Assembly (NCBI GenBank): GCA_001179505.1
Contig: CDMY01000317.1
Location: 60,089 to 124,088 of the forward strand
Direction: 5' to 3'
From: Vitrella brassicaformis CCMP3155
Taxonomy: Eukaryota; Protista; Chromerida
Length of the DNA stretch: 64,000 nt
Shown here: piece after piece, positions 53,049 to 64,000 of the stretch
How the letters are laid out: each line of letters opens with the position of its first letter
Numbering within the stretch: position 1 is the stretch's first letter
Translations under genes and position numbers: made by a program
Notes under the pieces: generated by a model
Seen by the model: the letters and a program-made list of their open reading frames with translations, nothing else
The model's database searches: none
What the model was told of the DNA's origin: nothing

Positions 53049-55485
53049 ATGCAGGCGTCCTCATCGACAAGCAGCAACCACACGGCAGACACCACGAGTG
53101 GCGGCGTGATGCAGCTCAATGTCAGCGGGTACGTCATGGCCTTCCCGAGTGCGGTGCTGCTGCGCGATGGGCTGCAGGACACCTGCCTGGCGGTGCTGCT
53201 TCATCGGTTCGGTGACTGGATGCACAAGGACGCCGACGGGACGATCTTCATCGACGCAGATCCCCTCTACTTCATTTGGTGAGGGACGCATGCAGTCAAT
53301 GACACTCATTCACTCACTCGTTGCTTCACTGTTGTATGTCTGTCTGTCTGTGTTTGTGTGTCAGGTTGGCTGAGAAGCTGACCCGTTTGAAGCATGGGTG
53401 GGTGGACGAGATCGAGATCTTCGACGAGGGGCCGCACATCACCTTCTACCACGACATTCTCTTCGCCACGTCGCCCATCGACATCGACGGACAGCCCGGG
53501 GCGATGCTCAAGAGATTCATGGCCATGATGGGCGCCTTCATCAAGTCGTCCATAAAGGGCGGCAGCGGCGGGAAGGAGGTGCTCAGTGTGACTGTCGACG
53601 GCCGCACAGTGGCGACCACCGACGCCACGCTGGCCGACTTCGACACACTCAACGACAGATTCACCAAGTGAGTAGGGAGGCACACAGGAGGGAGGAAATA
53701 GGGATGTGCCGTCGTCTCATCGGCTTCTCTCGTCCCCTCTCTGTTTCTGATGCAGGTATGGCGGTGCTCCCATCGTCGATGTGTCTGCACACCACATCGA
53801 CCTGTGAGCACCCGGACAACCACCGAAAACTAACAGCAACACAGAGCACCTGTGTGTTTCTGTGTCCAGTATCGTTGACTTCGCTCGTCGCTGCCGCCTG
53901 TCCCCCGATGGGGCCGTCGTCCCGCCGCCGACGTGTGCCGACGAGGACGAGCTGCTGCGTGTGAGTGACATGTACGGCGTGCTGGAGGCCATGTACCCCA
54001 ACATACTCGCCAACGACGCCGTGCAGATGCTCCTCGGCATGACGGGGAAGAAAGAACCGAACAGAACCTGCCTCTACAAGTGAGAAATGGCAAAGCAGGG
54101 AGGGCAGCGTGTTATGCTCTACGCGATCGTCGCATGACTGTGTGTGTCTGTCAGGAGTGCGCTCCACGGTCATTTGTATGAGAGTCTGATGCAGCGTGTG
54201 ACGGGCCGCAGCGGTCTCCTGTTCGTCATCAAGTGCGACGAGACCAACACCATCGCAGCCTTCGTCGACGCACAGCTATACCTGCCGTCCGACCCCACAC
54301 CCGAGTTGCACTTTTGGTGCCCCGTGTCGCTGTTTTCGGTTTCGGGTGCGTTCGAGGAGGGCATCACCAAGATCGAGCTGCCCCAGGCCGAGCAGTATGT
54401 GGTGGTTGCGGGCACACACAGGGCGCTGAAGGCCCTGTTTGGTTGGACGCCGCTCGGCATGCTTTCCATCGCTGGCGGCCGCTTGTGGATGGGTCGTGAA
54501 CTGCGTGGCTCGACTGCTGACCTTCACAGGTGCCGACAGTGGGTGGAGAAGGAGGAGCTGCCGGCCGACAGGAAGTTTCTGGCCAAGACCATCACCAGCG
54601 AGGACGCCAGCCTCTGTGGCGCTGAAGACTACTACTTCACAGCCGAGCGGTTGGAGGTCTTCCAGGTCAGTCAGAGGTCAACCAGAGAGCACACAAGGGC
54701 GGGCCTGTGGGTATCATGACATCCTTCTTCTCTCTCTGTCCTGTATGGTGCTGTGCAGGTGTGGAGCGCTGTGCCGCCCGACCCCATCCTGTCTGCGGCG
54801 GGCCTGCGGGCACTCGTCGACGCGACCGGCATGACACACGCGACACCACAGCTCCTCTACAAGTGAGTAACCGAAAACAGGGAGACTGTTTGTGACTCTT
54901 CCGTGTGTATCTGCCTGTCAGGGCTGAGCGTGACGGGTGGGAGCACGACGCCATGCTCAAGAATGTTGGCGTCGCCACCGACCTCCTGCTGCTGCTCAAA
55001 GACCTCAGCGGTCCCATCATCGCCTGCCACATCGAGGGCGGGCTCACCCCACCCCCCAACCCCACTCGAGTGGCGAAGAGCTCCTGTGCCGTGTCGCTGT
55101 TTTCGGTGTCTTGTGCGTTTGAGGGCGACGGCATCACCAAGATCGAGCCGCTGAATGACGAGCAGTCTGTCTGGGTAGCGGGCACACGTGGGGCGGTCAA
55201 GAACGTCATGTGTGAGCCGGCCGGCAAGGTGTGCATCGGTGAGATGATCCATAAGGCGCCCGGCCGCCTGTGGCTGGGATTTGCCGCTGCCGACCTTCGC
55301 CGGTGCGCTCAGTGGCTGCTGAAGGACTGCCTGCCGGCCGGCAAGAATTACATCGGAACCATCGACAACCAGAGTCGCGCCAGCCTGGCCTCCGACATTC
55401 GCTTCACCCTCGCCGATTTGGAGATCTACACACTGCAGGTTAGCAAGGAGGAATGAACGAATGAATTCGTCTCTTCGCCTCCCCG

Positions 55486-55517
<32 letters not shown>

Positions 55518-55620
55518 TGTGTGCGTGTGTGCAGCCGTCTGCTGGCGAGTGCCGTCGCCTCGATGATGACCTCGAGCAGCCCGTGACAGCTTTTGAGGGA
55601 GGCAGAGGAGGCCGACAGGC
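53049..55620 (+). CDS. BTB/POZ (KCTD/T1-like) protein with two TLDc-like domains (3' end uncertain)
   Basis: VMQLNVSG..LAVLL..DADGTIFIDADPLYFIW (BTB-like), followed by two similar units: CLYKSALHG..LLFVIK..IAAFV..SLFSVSGAF..ITKI and LLYKAERDG..LLLLK..IACHI..SLFSVSCAF..ITKI. Confidence 0.7.
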
Positions 55621-56042
55621 AAGGATGCGTGTGTTCTGGAGAAGTGTCCGTGGTGCGCTGAGGTGTGGGTCATCGTGCACACAAGACTAGAGATGGTGCA
55701 CACATACATCCATACATCCATCTGACTCACTCGTTTTTCGGCGGTCTGTCGGTGTCTATATGTAGAAACAGTCTCGATTTATCCCACATGGGATATCGAT
55801 GGCGGATGCACTGCATTATATGTGCATGTCCTGGAAAGAAGGAAGGGCTCAGACTGAAATGCCGTTCCCACGCTTTCTCGCTGTATGTGTTGGTGTACAG
55901 CATGGCGGGTGGTGCATTGGAGCGACCATGGCGTTCTCTCGGTGTGTATATATATTTTTCGCGTCCACCAATGCGTGCCGTGTGTGGCCCGGCACGGTTT
56001 TGGATCATGCAATCATATACGTACGTCTGCAAATGGCTTTGT

Positions 56043-56114
56043 GTGTGGCGACACAGTGATTGAATCGGCCTTCGCACAAAGCAAGCATCGCGCATCGTCT
56101 TGACTTGAGCCCCA
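56043..56114. repeat. Dispersed ~73-bp element, copy B
   Basis: gtgtggcgacacagtgattgaatcggccttcgcacaaagcaagcatcgcgcatcgtcttgacttgagcccac matches 28176-28248. Confidence 0.85.
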
Positions 56115-56171
56115 CGATTGCCGTCAATTTTTGAGTTGCGCGCTCAATCGAAAGTAGGTGACGCCAAGGGG

Positions 56172-57267
56172 ATGCATCGGCGCAGCAAGGCCTCTTCGGG
56201 CAGCAGGCGAGGCGTAGTAACAGCACATCCACCGGTTGACTGGCCCGGCTACTGCAAGCTGCCCATCTCGCTGCGGCTGTGCCTCGAGAAGCCTGCCAAC
56301 GGACCTACCGGTTCAGGTGAGTGGCAACGAGGTGCGCAACACCATAGATCTCCTCCTTGTGCATGTTGTTGGTTGTCATGTCAGGCAGCGACAAGTCGGA
56401 GATCCTCGAGTATGGGCGGCTGTCGACGCAGAAGGAGACCCACGGCAGGGCCTTGCGGATCACGAGTGCGCACGTGCAGGGCGTCGTCGTGGAGGCGCGG
56501 CCCAAGAGCTCATTCCTCCTCGTCAGGAGTATGCAATGCACCCGTTCACCTCACCACGCACACACGGCCAAGGAGGGAGAGAGCAGTTTGTGTGTCGCGT
56601 CAGTTGACGACGGGACGGGCATCGTGGGCTGCATGCTTTGGCATAACCCGCCTCCAGTCTCCGAAGGAGCGAGGGACCTGATTGAGTGCGGTGGTACCGT
56701 TCGACAAAAGGTAATGGGGGAGGGATTGGGGCGATGTGCACGTTGAAGGCTTTCGTGAGTGTGGCACTGTTCTGTGTGTTCCGTTTCAGCTGCTGGGGAA
56801 GTTTGTGTCGGTGCGAGGGCGGCTGAGGCGGAACTGGAAGAACGACGGGGAGAGGGAGATGAACATACAGGAGATCGGTCAGCGCAGGGAGTTCTCAATT
56901 GAGCTTACAGTCACCATCATCTTTTCACCTCCCTGTCATGTCTGCAGGCATCCTGTCTGACCCCAACGCCGAGACGCTGTGGATGCTCGAGCTGTGTCAG
57001 GCAGGTACGTCCACGCAACGGACAGACACTGATGCGACCATCCCTCCCTCATTGACGCACCCATTCCTGCCTGTGCCCTCCGGTTTAGCCAAGGAAATTG
57101 CCCGCGCCACTGCGCCCGATGGCGACCCGCCTCCCTCGAGTAACGGGGATGGCATAGTATCCGAGCTGAAGGAGGTGACTGTGGAGCGTGGGATGGCGCG
57201 GCTGCTGGGGCCCGACGACGAGGGGAGGGGTGGGGTGGGGGAAGAGAGCATGGACGTCGTGTTATGA
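56172..57267 (+). CDS. STN1: OB-fold ssDNA-binding protein, STN1 (CST complex)-like; RPA2-like is the alternative
   Basis: YCKLPI, VQGVVVE, DDGTGIVGCMLW, GKFVSVRGRL..REMNIQEI and SDPNAETLWMLE match the STN1/RPA2 OB fold. DDGTG..C..W and DPNAE..W..E favour STN1. Confidence 0.6.
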
Positions 57268-57685
57268 AGGGAGTGCGTTAATGGTATGGAAGGTGTCTGT
57301 CGGCGGGCAGTGGGTGCCTCATCTCTGCCAGCCGTTCGTCAGCAGATCTCCTGTGGACGGTGGCAGTCCGCACCGCTCACAGCAGATGTGCTGTAGAAGG
57401 TGAAGCAAGAATGGGCGCGCCAGCGTTACGCTCAATCGCAATGAGTCGGTTGTCTCTGTCTGTCTGTCCGTCTGTCTGTCTGCCCCCCTCACCCAGCCAT
57501 ATGTACATCCATCCATGTACCAATTGCAAGAGAATGAGCGGCTTGCTACACACGTGTGGGACGCTCAGTCAGTCGGCAGCTCTGCTACGGCCTGGTGGTG
57601 CCTTGTCGCCTTGGGCGGCTCGGATACCTGACGACACACACATACACACGCACACACTGGACACCCAGCGCGCAATGCAAGGCAC

Positions 57686-60600
57686 TCACCTGCCCCAGCC
57701 TGTCCCTCTCCGTACCGCATTAGTGCCGACGCCTACGTAGATGGTGAAGGTGCTGCTCGAGCTGTCGGGAAGCAGCTTCAGAATGGCGTTGCGGATCGAC
57801 CTGCGGCTGGCCGACACTATCACACGCTCGAGGCCCCGCACGCTGCTCACAATAGACGAGACGCCGTCGCAGATGCGCTTGGCAGCGTCACGAGTCCCCA
57901 TACCGTCAGACACTGACGGAAATCGACACAGACAATGCAGCAATGCACAAATGAGGTGAGCCGGCACACCAGTTATCGGACTAAATGCATACCTGCAAAG
58001 TGGATGTCTATCTGGTGCATCACTGGGAGGCTCTCCCACCCCCTCCAGCCATCAGTGTAGCCCACTCCCGCTGGACCGACATAGACCATGTGCACCTCCC
58101 TTTCACTCCCCAGCGCCTCAAGCATGCCGTTCTTGTCCTCTGCCCCGACAGCCGAGCCGAAGACCACCTCGTTCACCTCCCTGGGCATCTTCTCCGCCAG
58201 CAGGCTCCCCGCAGCCCCGCCCAGAGCGCTGCGGACCTCCAGCGCCTTGGCCGCTGGGAATGGCTGCAGGTGGTCGATGATAGTGGGTGTGGGGGCGGGG
58301 GTGCCGGGTGGGGGAGCGAAGCCATCGGCGTTGGCGACCGTCACAAAACGTGCCTTGTCGAATGTGAGGGTCTCTGCGATCTCAACGGCCGCCTGACTGG
58401 GGCTGTCGCCGGGGTGGGTGATCTCATGCTGGCTGATGGTGTACTTCACTTTGCTCGCCCCCCGTGCCGCCTCCTGCATGGCCTTCTTGATGAAGGGGGA
58501 GAGGGAACGGCTCAAGTTGTCGGCATGGAAGACGGACAGCTCGAAGTAGCCAGAGAGCCTTTCCCAAGGTCTCATGGTCTCACTCGCCGGCAGCACGGTG
58601 ATGTCGACCTCATGCGGCACGCAGCATTTGTCGACCAGGCTGTCGACAGTGAGGAGGGTGGGGAGGGTGCTGTGGTCGACAGATGGTGGGATCTCCAGGT
58701 TGAGGCTCTTGAGCGTCTTGCGATAGCCACGGGACGTGAGTGCAGCCTACAAGGAAAGAGACAAGACCACCATCTGACATGCGCCCGGATGAGGCCTCTC
58801 CTGCGTGATGATTTACCCACCTCGAGTCGCGTCATTCCCTCCTGGTACCACTGGAGGCCTATTGCGGACCCCCAGTAGTCATGGTGAATCACTCCGATGG
58901 AATGCAGCTTTCTCAGCGGCCCTGGCTGCTCAGGAGGCGCCATCGGCACGTGCTCAAACACAGTGGCCCACTGGGCCCACCGCCTGCCCGGCAGGCTCCC
59001 GCCCACCTCCTGTAGCGACACTGACGTGCTGATGAACCGGCCGAGCTCGGCACCATCCCACCCCGAGATCAACACACGCTCGAGTGCGGGCATCTTCCAT
59101 CCCGTGTCGGCCAGCACACTGTGCTGTTGGACGGCACCTGTGATCGTCCTGAGTGCCGGAAGCGTCAGGGGCTCAATTTGAGGAGACGAGGGAGGCGGGC
59201 AGGGGCGGCGAAGATGAATCTTTGGACGCCTTGGACTACGCCACCGGCGTCCAGAAGGCCTTGCCCTCGGTATACTGCCGTGGCGCACGTAGCAGTCGTA
59301 TATGTGGCGGTAGTCGATGGGGATGATGATGAATTCGATGCTCTCCAGACTGCCCTCAGCCATGTGCTGCTGCCCCTCCTTCTCTCGCGCCTCCCGGCGC
59401 CCGCCCGCATGGCCCTCCACGATGCTGATCATGCTGTCGAGACACCACAACTCGTCCCGCTCTGGCTGCACCAGGGTGATTGCTGTCAGGTTGACCAGAC
59501 GCTTGCCGAGCTGGAATGCCTCCTCAGGCGTCATGCTGTCCCAAAACTGGTCCTCTGCATCGGTCGAGTTGTCTATCGTGATGTGTGTCTGCTGTTGAAG
59601 GGCGGCCGTGCGGATGGCGGAGGGGCTGCTCGGTGCGGCACCACCGGATGATTGCTGCGCGAAGGCCGCCTCGCCAAACGGGCTGTCGCTAGTTGACAAT
59701 GACTCCCTACTGAATTGAGACGACGCCGCCACACCTGAGCGGCCCACACACAGGCAGTCAGGATGCGTTTGACCCATCCATCCATCCATCCTCCATCCAT
59801 CCATGTGTGTGTTACCCCCTGATATCACGCACCAGTGCCTCCAAAGATGCGGCCGCCGAACTTGCTATCTATCCCTCTGCCAATGCCAATGCCGGTGCCA
59901 CTGAACGGGCTGCCCGTCGATCCGACTCCACCGAGAGGAGAGCCACCACCCGACGCTGCCCCAGCACCAAAAGGATCACCTCCTTCCCCTGTGGGTGCGT
60001 TGCCGCTGCCGAGTGGGCCGCTGGCGGGTGTGGTTGTCGGCTGTGCTGTGCATGCTCCTTTCGCAGGCGCCACGAGATTGGCACTCTGTGTCTGGGAGCT
60101 GTCCCGGGACCGGTCTACCGGGGCTGTGGGGGTGGGGGCGGTGGTGGTCGAGAGAGGCGAAGGGGCGGCGCTTGGGGCATTGAATGAGACGCGAGTCGGT
60201 GGTTTGGGTACGGGTATGGCTGCGGCAAATGTGAGCAGCGATGAGGCGGCGCCGTCTGATGACGCAGCAGCACTCGACAGGCTCCCCTCTCCTAGTGATG
60301 TGCTCGACAGGGATGATCCGACAGACAGAAAGGATACCGACGGCGCAGCCGGCAGCGACCCATTGGCGGCCGTGTCCTCATTGGACGCCGCCGTCGTGAT
60401 GCGGAAAAAGAAGGCGTCGGGATCAAAGAGCAGGGCTGTGGGTCGAGGGGGCGCGAAGATGGCCGACACTTCGCAAGGCGTCAGGAAGCTGAACAGTGTC
60501 GGCAGAGGTCCGTCGGGGCCGTCGCCAAGACGGTCAGGGGCCTGGAACAGACCCACGACCAACAGAGAGAAAGGAGGCAGAATGAGAGTGGGTTGTGAAC

Positions 60601-61000
60601 TATGTGTGTGTTGTGTGTGGCTATGTGTACCTTCGTGCTAACATCCCAAACCTCCACACAAACAACCAACACACACACGCACCAAAGACACACATCAAAG
60701 GGTGGGTCCGCGGGCTTCCTGCTGAGGTGTGTTTGCCTACCCCGGGTGGCTGTGGGTTGGTGTTTATGGGCGCGTTGGTCGTGTACGGCACCACCTGCTT
60801 GAACTCCTCCCGGCCGCCGACCTCCCTCATGTACAACATGCTCCCTTTGCTGGTCTCCTCGGTGCGATGGACGTCGGCCTTGAGCCACACATAGCTCTCA
60901 TTGGCACCCCTTCTGGTGCCCGACGTCAGCAGCACACGAGTGCCCTCCCGGTAACGACTACTTGCAGAGTGTGGCATCACCTGGTGGAACAAACAAACAA

Positions 61001-61039
<39 letters not shown>

Positions 61040-61251
61040 AACAGACAAACGAACGAACGAATGCTTTTTTTTTTGATGAATAGATGAGTGAATGACTGAG
61101 TGTGATGGCACATCATGCCTGTGTGTATTGTGCCTTCATTCACTTCTGCCGCTGAATGGATGAATCATTCGTGTGCTGTGCCTTCACTCACCTCTGCCTG
61201 AGGCGAAGCAGCAGATGAAGATGAAGATGAAGCTGCTGTTGCTGCTGCCAT
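57686..61251 (-). CDS. Lineage-specific protein with an F-box-like motif and degenerate repeat region (3' end approximate)
   Basis: MAAATAASSS.., small beta-rich exon (YREGTRVLL..VWLKADV), GPLPTLFSFLTPCEVSAI (F-box-like), a low-complexity linker, then long exons with LVNLTAITL, LESIEF, MPALERVLI and LRKLHSIG. Confidence 0.6.
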
Positions 61252-61922
61252 GGCTACTCTCAAACACTGTGAACGAAAAGAGCACAGACGTGCGCATCCA
61301 CTCTCGGCGTGCACTCTTGTCTTTCATGTGATGCCTACCAGCGAGATTCGTTAATTAGAACACGTGCAGCAGCCGCCATTGGCCACCATGACGCGTGGTT
61401 GCTGTCTGCCTTTGTCCCGTTTTCGCCGTCGCTTTCAGCTTTTCTTGCTCCAGGATGCCTCCAGGTGCACTGTTTGCTCTTGATCTCTTCAAAGGGCGGC
61501 TGTCATGGCCTGTTTTCTCGGCGGCGATCTTGACCAGCTCGCACATAGGGAGGGGAGAGGAGGAGGGGGTGAAGGACTCACTGACGTCACGTCCATCCCT
61601 CCAGCCATCTGTTTGGCTATCACTCTTGACGTTTCTCATTGGACTGGCCTCTCCGGCCCTCTCGGCCTTCTGTGGGGAATTAAATCGTCGCGGCGCTCAT
61701 GCGATTGGCTCATGACGCCACGATGTGGCTTGCCACCTTGTGCTGGTATCGTGTTGTGCAGGTCTGCCTCGGTGACGGGGCGGACTGTTTGAGCGTCGTT
61801 GTATTCCATTTAATTCATAATAGGTGGGCGAGCAGTCCATCTCATGTCGCCTCTGTGTGTGTGTGTGGTTGATGCAGCCGTTGGTGTGTGCTGGAGTGAT
61901 GTCTGAGTGTCACGACAGCCAC

Positions 61923-64000
61923 ATGGCCTCCGCTGCCATGGCGGACGGTGACGACGAAGGTACGGAGGTACACCACACACCCTACAACAACACATCACAC
62001 ACACTCCTCGCCATTGCGTGTGTGTGTGTGTGTGTGTGTGCCTTCGATGGTGTGTGCAGGCGATGTAGATGAGGAGGAGCATAGCGGCACTGGACAGGCG
62101 GAGGGCTCAGATCGCAATGACGCAGACAGCGGTAAGTGATCAGACCTGTCACACAGACCATTCGACGCACACACACCAGCAGCACCCTCATGACAGGTGT
62201 GTGTGTTGGTGTTCAGGCGACCAGCAGCAGCAGGAGGACGGGATGGCCGATGAGATGGCCGATGGTGAGGAGGGTCCGCAGGTACCAGATGGAGACGAAT
62301 CGGTGAGGCACTCATAAACACCAACACTGGTCCATGCGATGGAGGCACAAACGTCGCTTTCCGCCCCTCTTTGTTGTGTGTCAGGATGGCATGCAGGAGG
62401 AGGATGGTGACGACGACCAAGATGACGATATCGATGACAGAGACTCGGACGACGACTGGGAATATGAGGAGGAAGGTACGCCAGACAGACGCGAGAGAAG
62501 ATCCCACGCACCGTCCGTTGTGTGTGGCTGTGTGTGTGGCAGGTTGTCCTCTCGTGGACCTGGCGGATCCCACTGTCCCTGTGCCTGATGGCCACATCGG
62601 ACTCGATGAGCTGGAGGCTCGATTCCCCGAGGGCACCAGCGACGCCACCAGGGAGCTGTCACGGTGGATCATCGGCCGCCGCTTCACCGACGCACGGCAA
62701 GTGACCGACCTCATCCGACAGCACGGCGCCGACCCAGATGTCATGACTGGGCTGGTGGGCAGGGACAGCAGTCGTGTCGTCTACGGCTACTCGCTCCTCG
62801 CCATCGCCATCGACAACAAGTCAGACTACACCGTCCCGACCATCGAAGCAGAAGACAGTCATGCTGTCCTCCGTCCCGTCGCACTGCCACAGTGGTCGTC
62901 TGATGAGCTGCAGGCGGCGATCCTCACCGCAATCCTAGACGGAAGAGCCGACCCCAATGCGGCAGCCGACGACTTGGAGAGAATAGGCACGAAACACCAA
63001 GTGGCGATTGCATATGGCAACCAGACGGCCTTCGACATACTGATGGCTCGTCAAGACATCGACCTGCGCGCAGCAGACGAATGGATGGTGATGGCGCTGC
63101 CCCATCCCCTGCGTCCGCCTCCCAACGAGTATCTGGAGCTGCTGCTGTCGATGTATCGGCAACTCATCACACGAGACCCCACCCTCGCCACCGAAGAACG
63201 GTCCAACGGCGACAATCTGGTGCACCAGGCAGCCATCAACTCAAATGCGCTCTACCCCCAGTCCTTCATCGACAGCTACCTGGACCTCATAGCGGCGAAC
63301 GGCGCCGACATGACGGCAGTCGATGCCGGCTTTGGGGAGACGCCAATGCACTACGCGGCAGAGTATGGCTCTCCCTACGTGGCCGACTACCTCTGCCGCA
63401 AGCTGCCCGCTGACCAGATCGACAGACGGGAGAACAACGGCCAGACGCCCCTCGCCACAGCTGCCGAGGAGCTCGATTGGCGCACTCAAGAGCTTCAGGA
63501 CCCGGAGACACCTGAGCACATCAAGGAGCGGGATCGCGCTGAGATTGACAACTACAAGCGCATCATCCATTCGCTGCTGCGGGCGGGGGCCGACATCACC
63601 ACCATCCCCACCATCCCCACAACCACAGAGGACCGTCGCCGTCAGCGCCAGCTGGTGCTGACAGAGTACCCCACAGTGCTCAACCAGCTGCCCACTGCCG
63701 TCATGGCCGCCGTCAGCGCCGCCGTCAGCGCCGCCCTCGCCCCCCACCGCTCCCTCGCGGCCCTCCTGACCTCCCGGCTGGCCGTCGGCCCGCAGGAGGC
63801 CGCCATCTTCGGCTGGCGCATCGCGTCATACCTCTTCGACATGGATGCCGCCCAGGAGGCCATCGGTGAGGCCATCGGTGTGCGGCACAGCGACATGGCC
63901 CGCCGTGTGTGTGCGGCAGCGGAGCTCTTCGTCAAGTCGGCAGTGTACCAGGCCAGCAGCAACAGGGAGGTGGTGGGCGGGACGGCCGATGTGGGCGGCC
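61923..64000 (+). CDS. Ankyrin-repeat protein, lineage-expanded family, copy 3 (3' end beyond window)
   Basis: ATG 61923 (MASAAMADG), same exon pattern as copy 1. The long exon from ~62543 is open to the window end, with GETPMHYAAEYG and GQTPLATA. Confidence 0.87.

Noticed and set aside
1-64000. CRISPR arrays, rRNA, intact tRNA, transposase or reverse transcriptase
   Set aside because: No repeat-spacer arrays, conserved rRNA segments, complete cloverleafs, or DDE/RT motifs were seen.

Overview
Intron-rich, GC-rich eukaryotic DNA with (CA)n/(TG)n/(TCTG)n/(ATGG)n microsatellite-filled introns. Style and gene families point to a chromerid alveolate, probably Vitrella brassicaformis (inference). 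About 18 genes were assembled by hand across GT-AG introns: three paralogous ankyrin-repeat genes (two cut by the window edges), a Mei2-like RRM protein, a GCFC2/PAXBP1-like splicing factor, an iota-carbonic-anhydrase-like (COG4875-type) protein with a C-terminal membrane anchor, eIF3a, a large protein ending in an L/F-transferase-like domain, a coiled-coil orphan, a divergent 14-3-3 plus a chimeric partial duplicate, an S53 sedolisin, a giant C-type-lectin/PAN/GPS multi-pass receptor, a small Cys-rich protein, a TPR protein, a BTB + 2x TLDc-like protein, an STN1-like OB-fold protein and an F-box-like lineage-specific gene. Seven gene pairs are head-to-head, and several of their intergenic regions share AGCTCGCA(A). 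No rRNA, intact tRNA, CRISPR or transposase was seen. Family calls come from motif recognition, not database searches, and exon boundaries are manual predictions.
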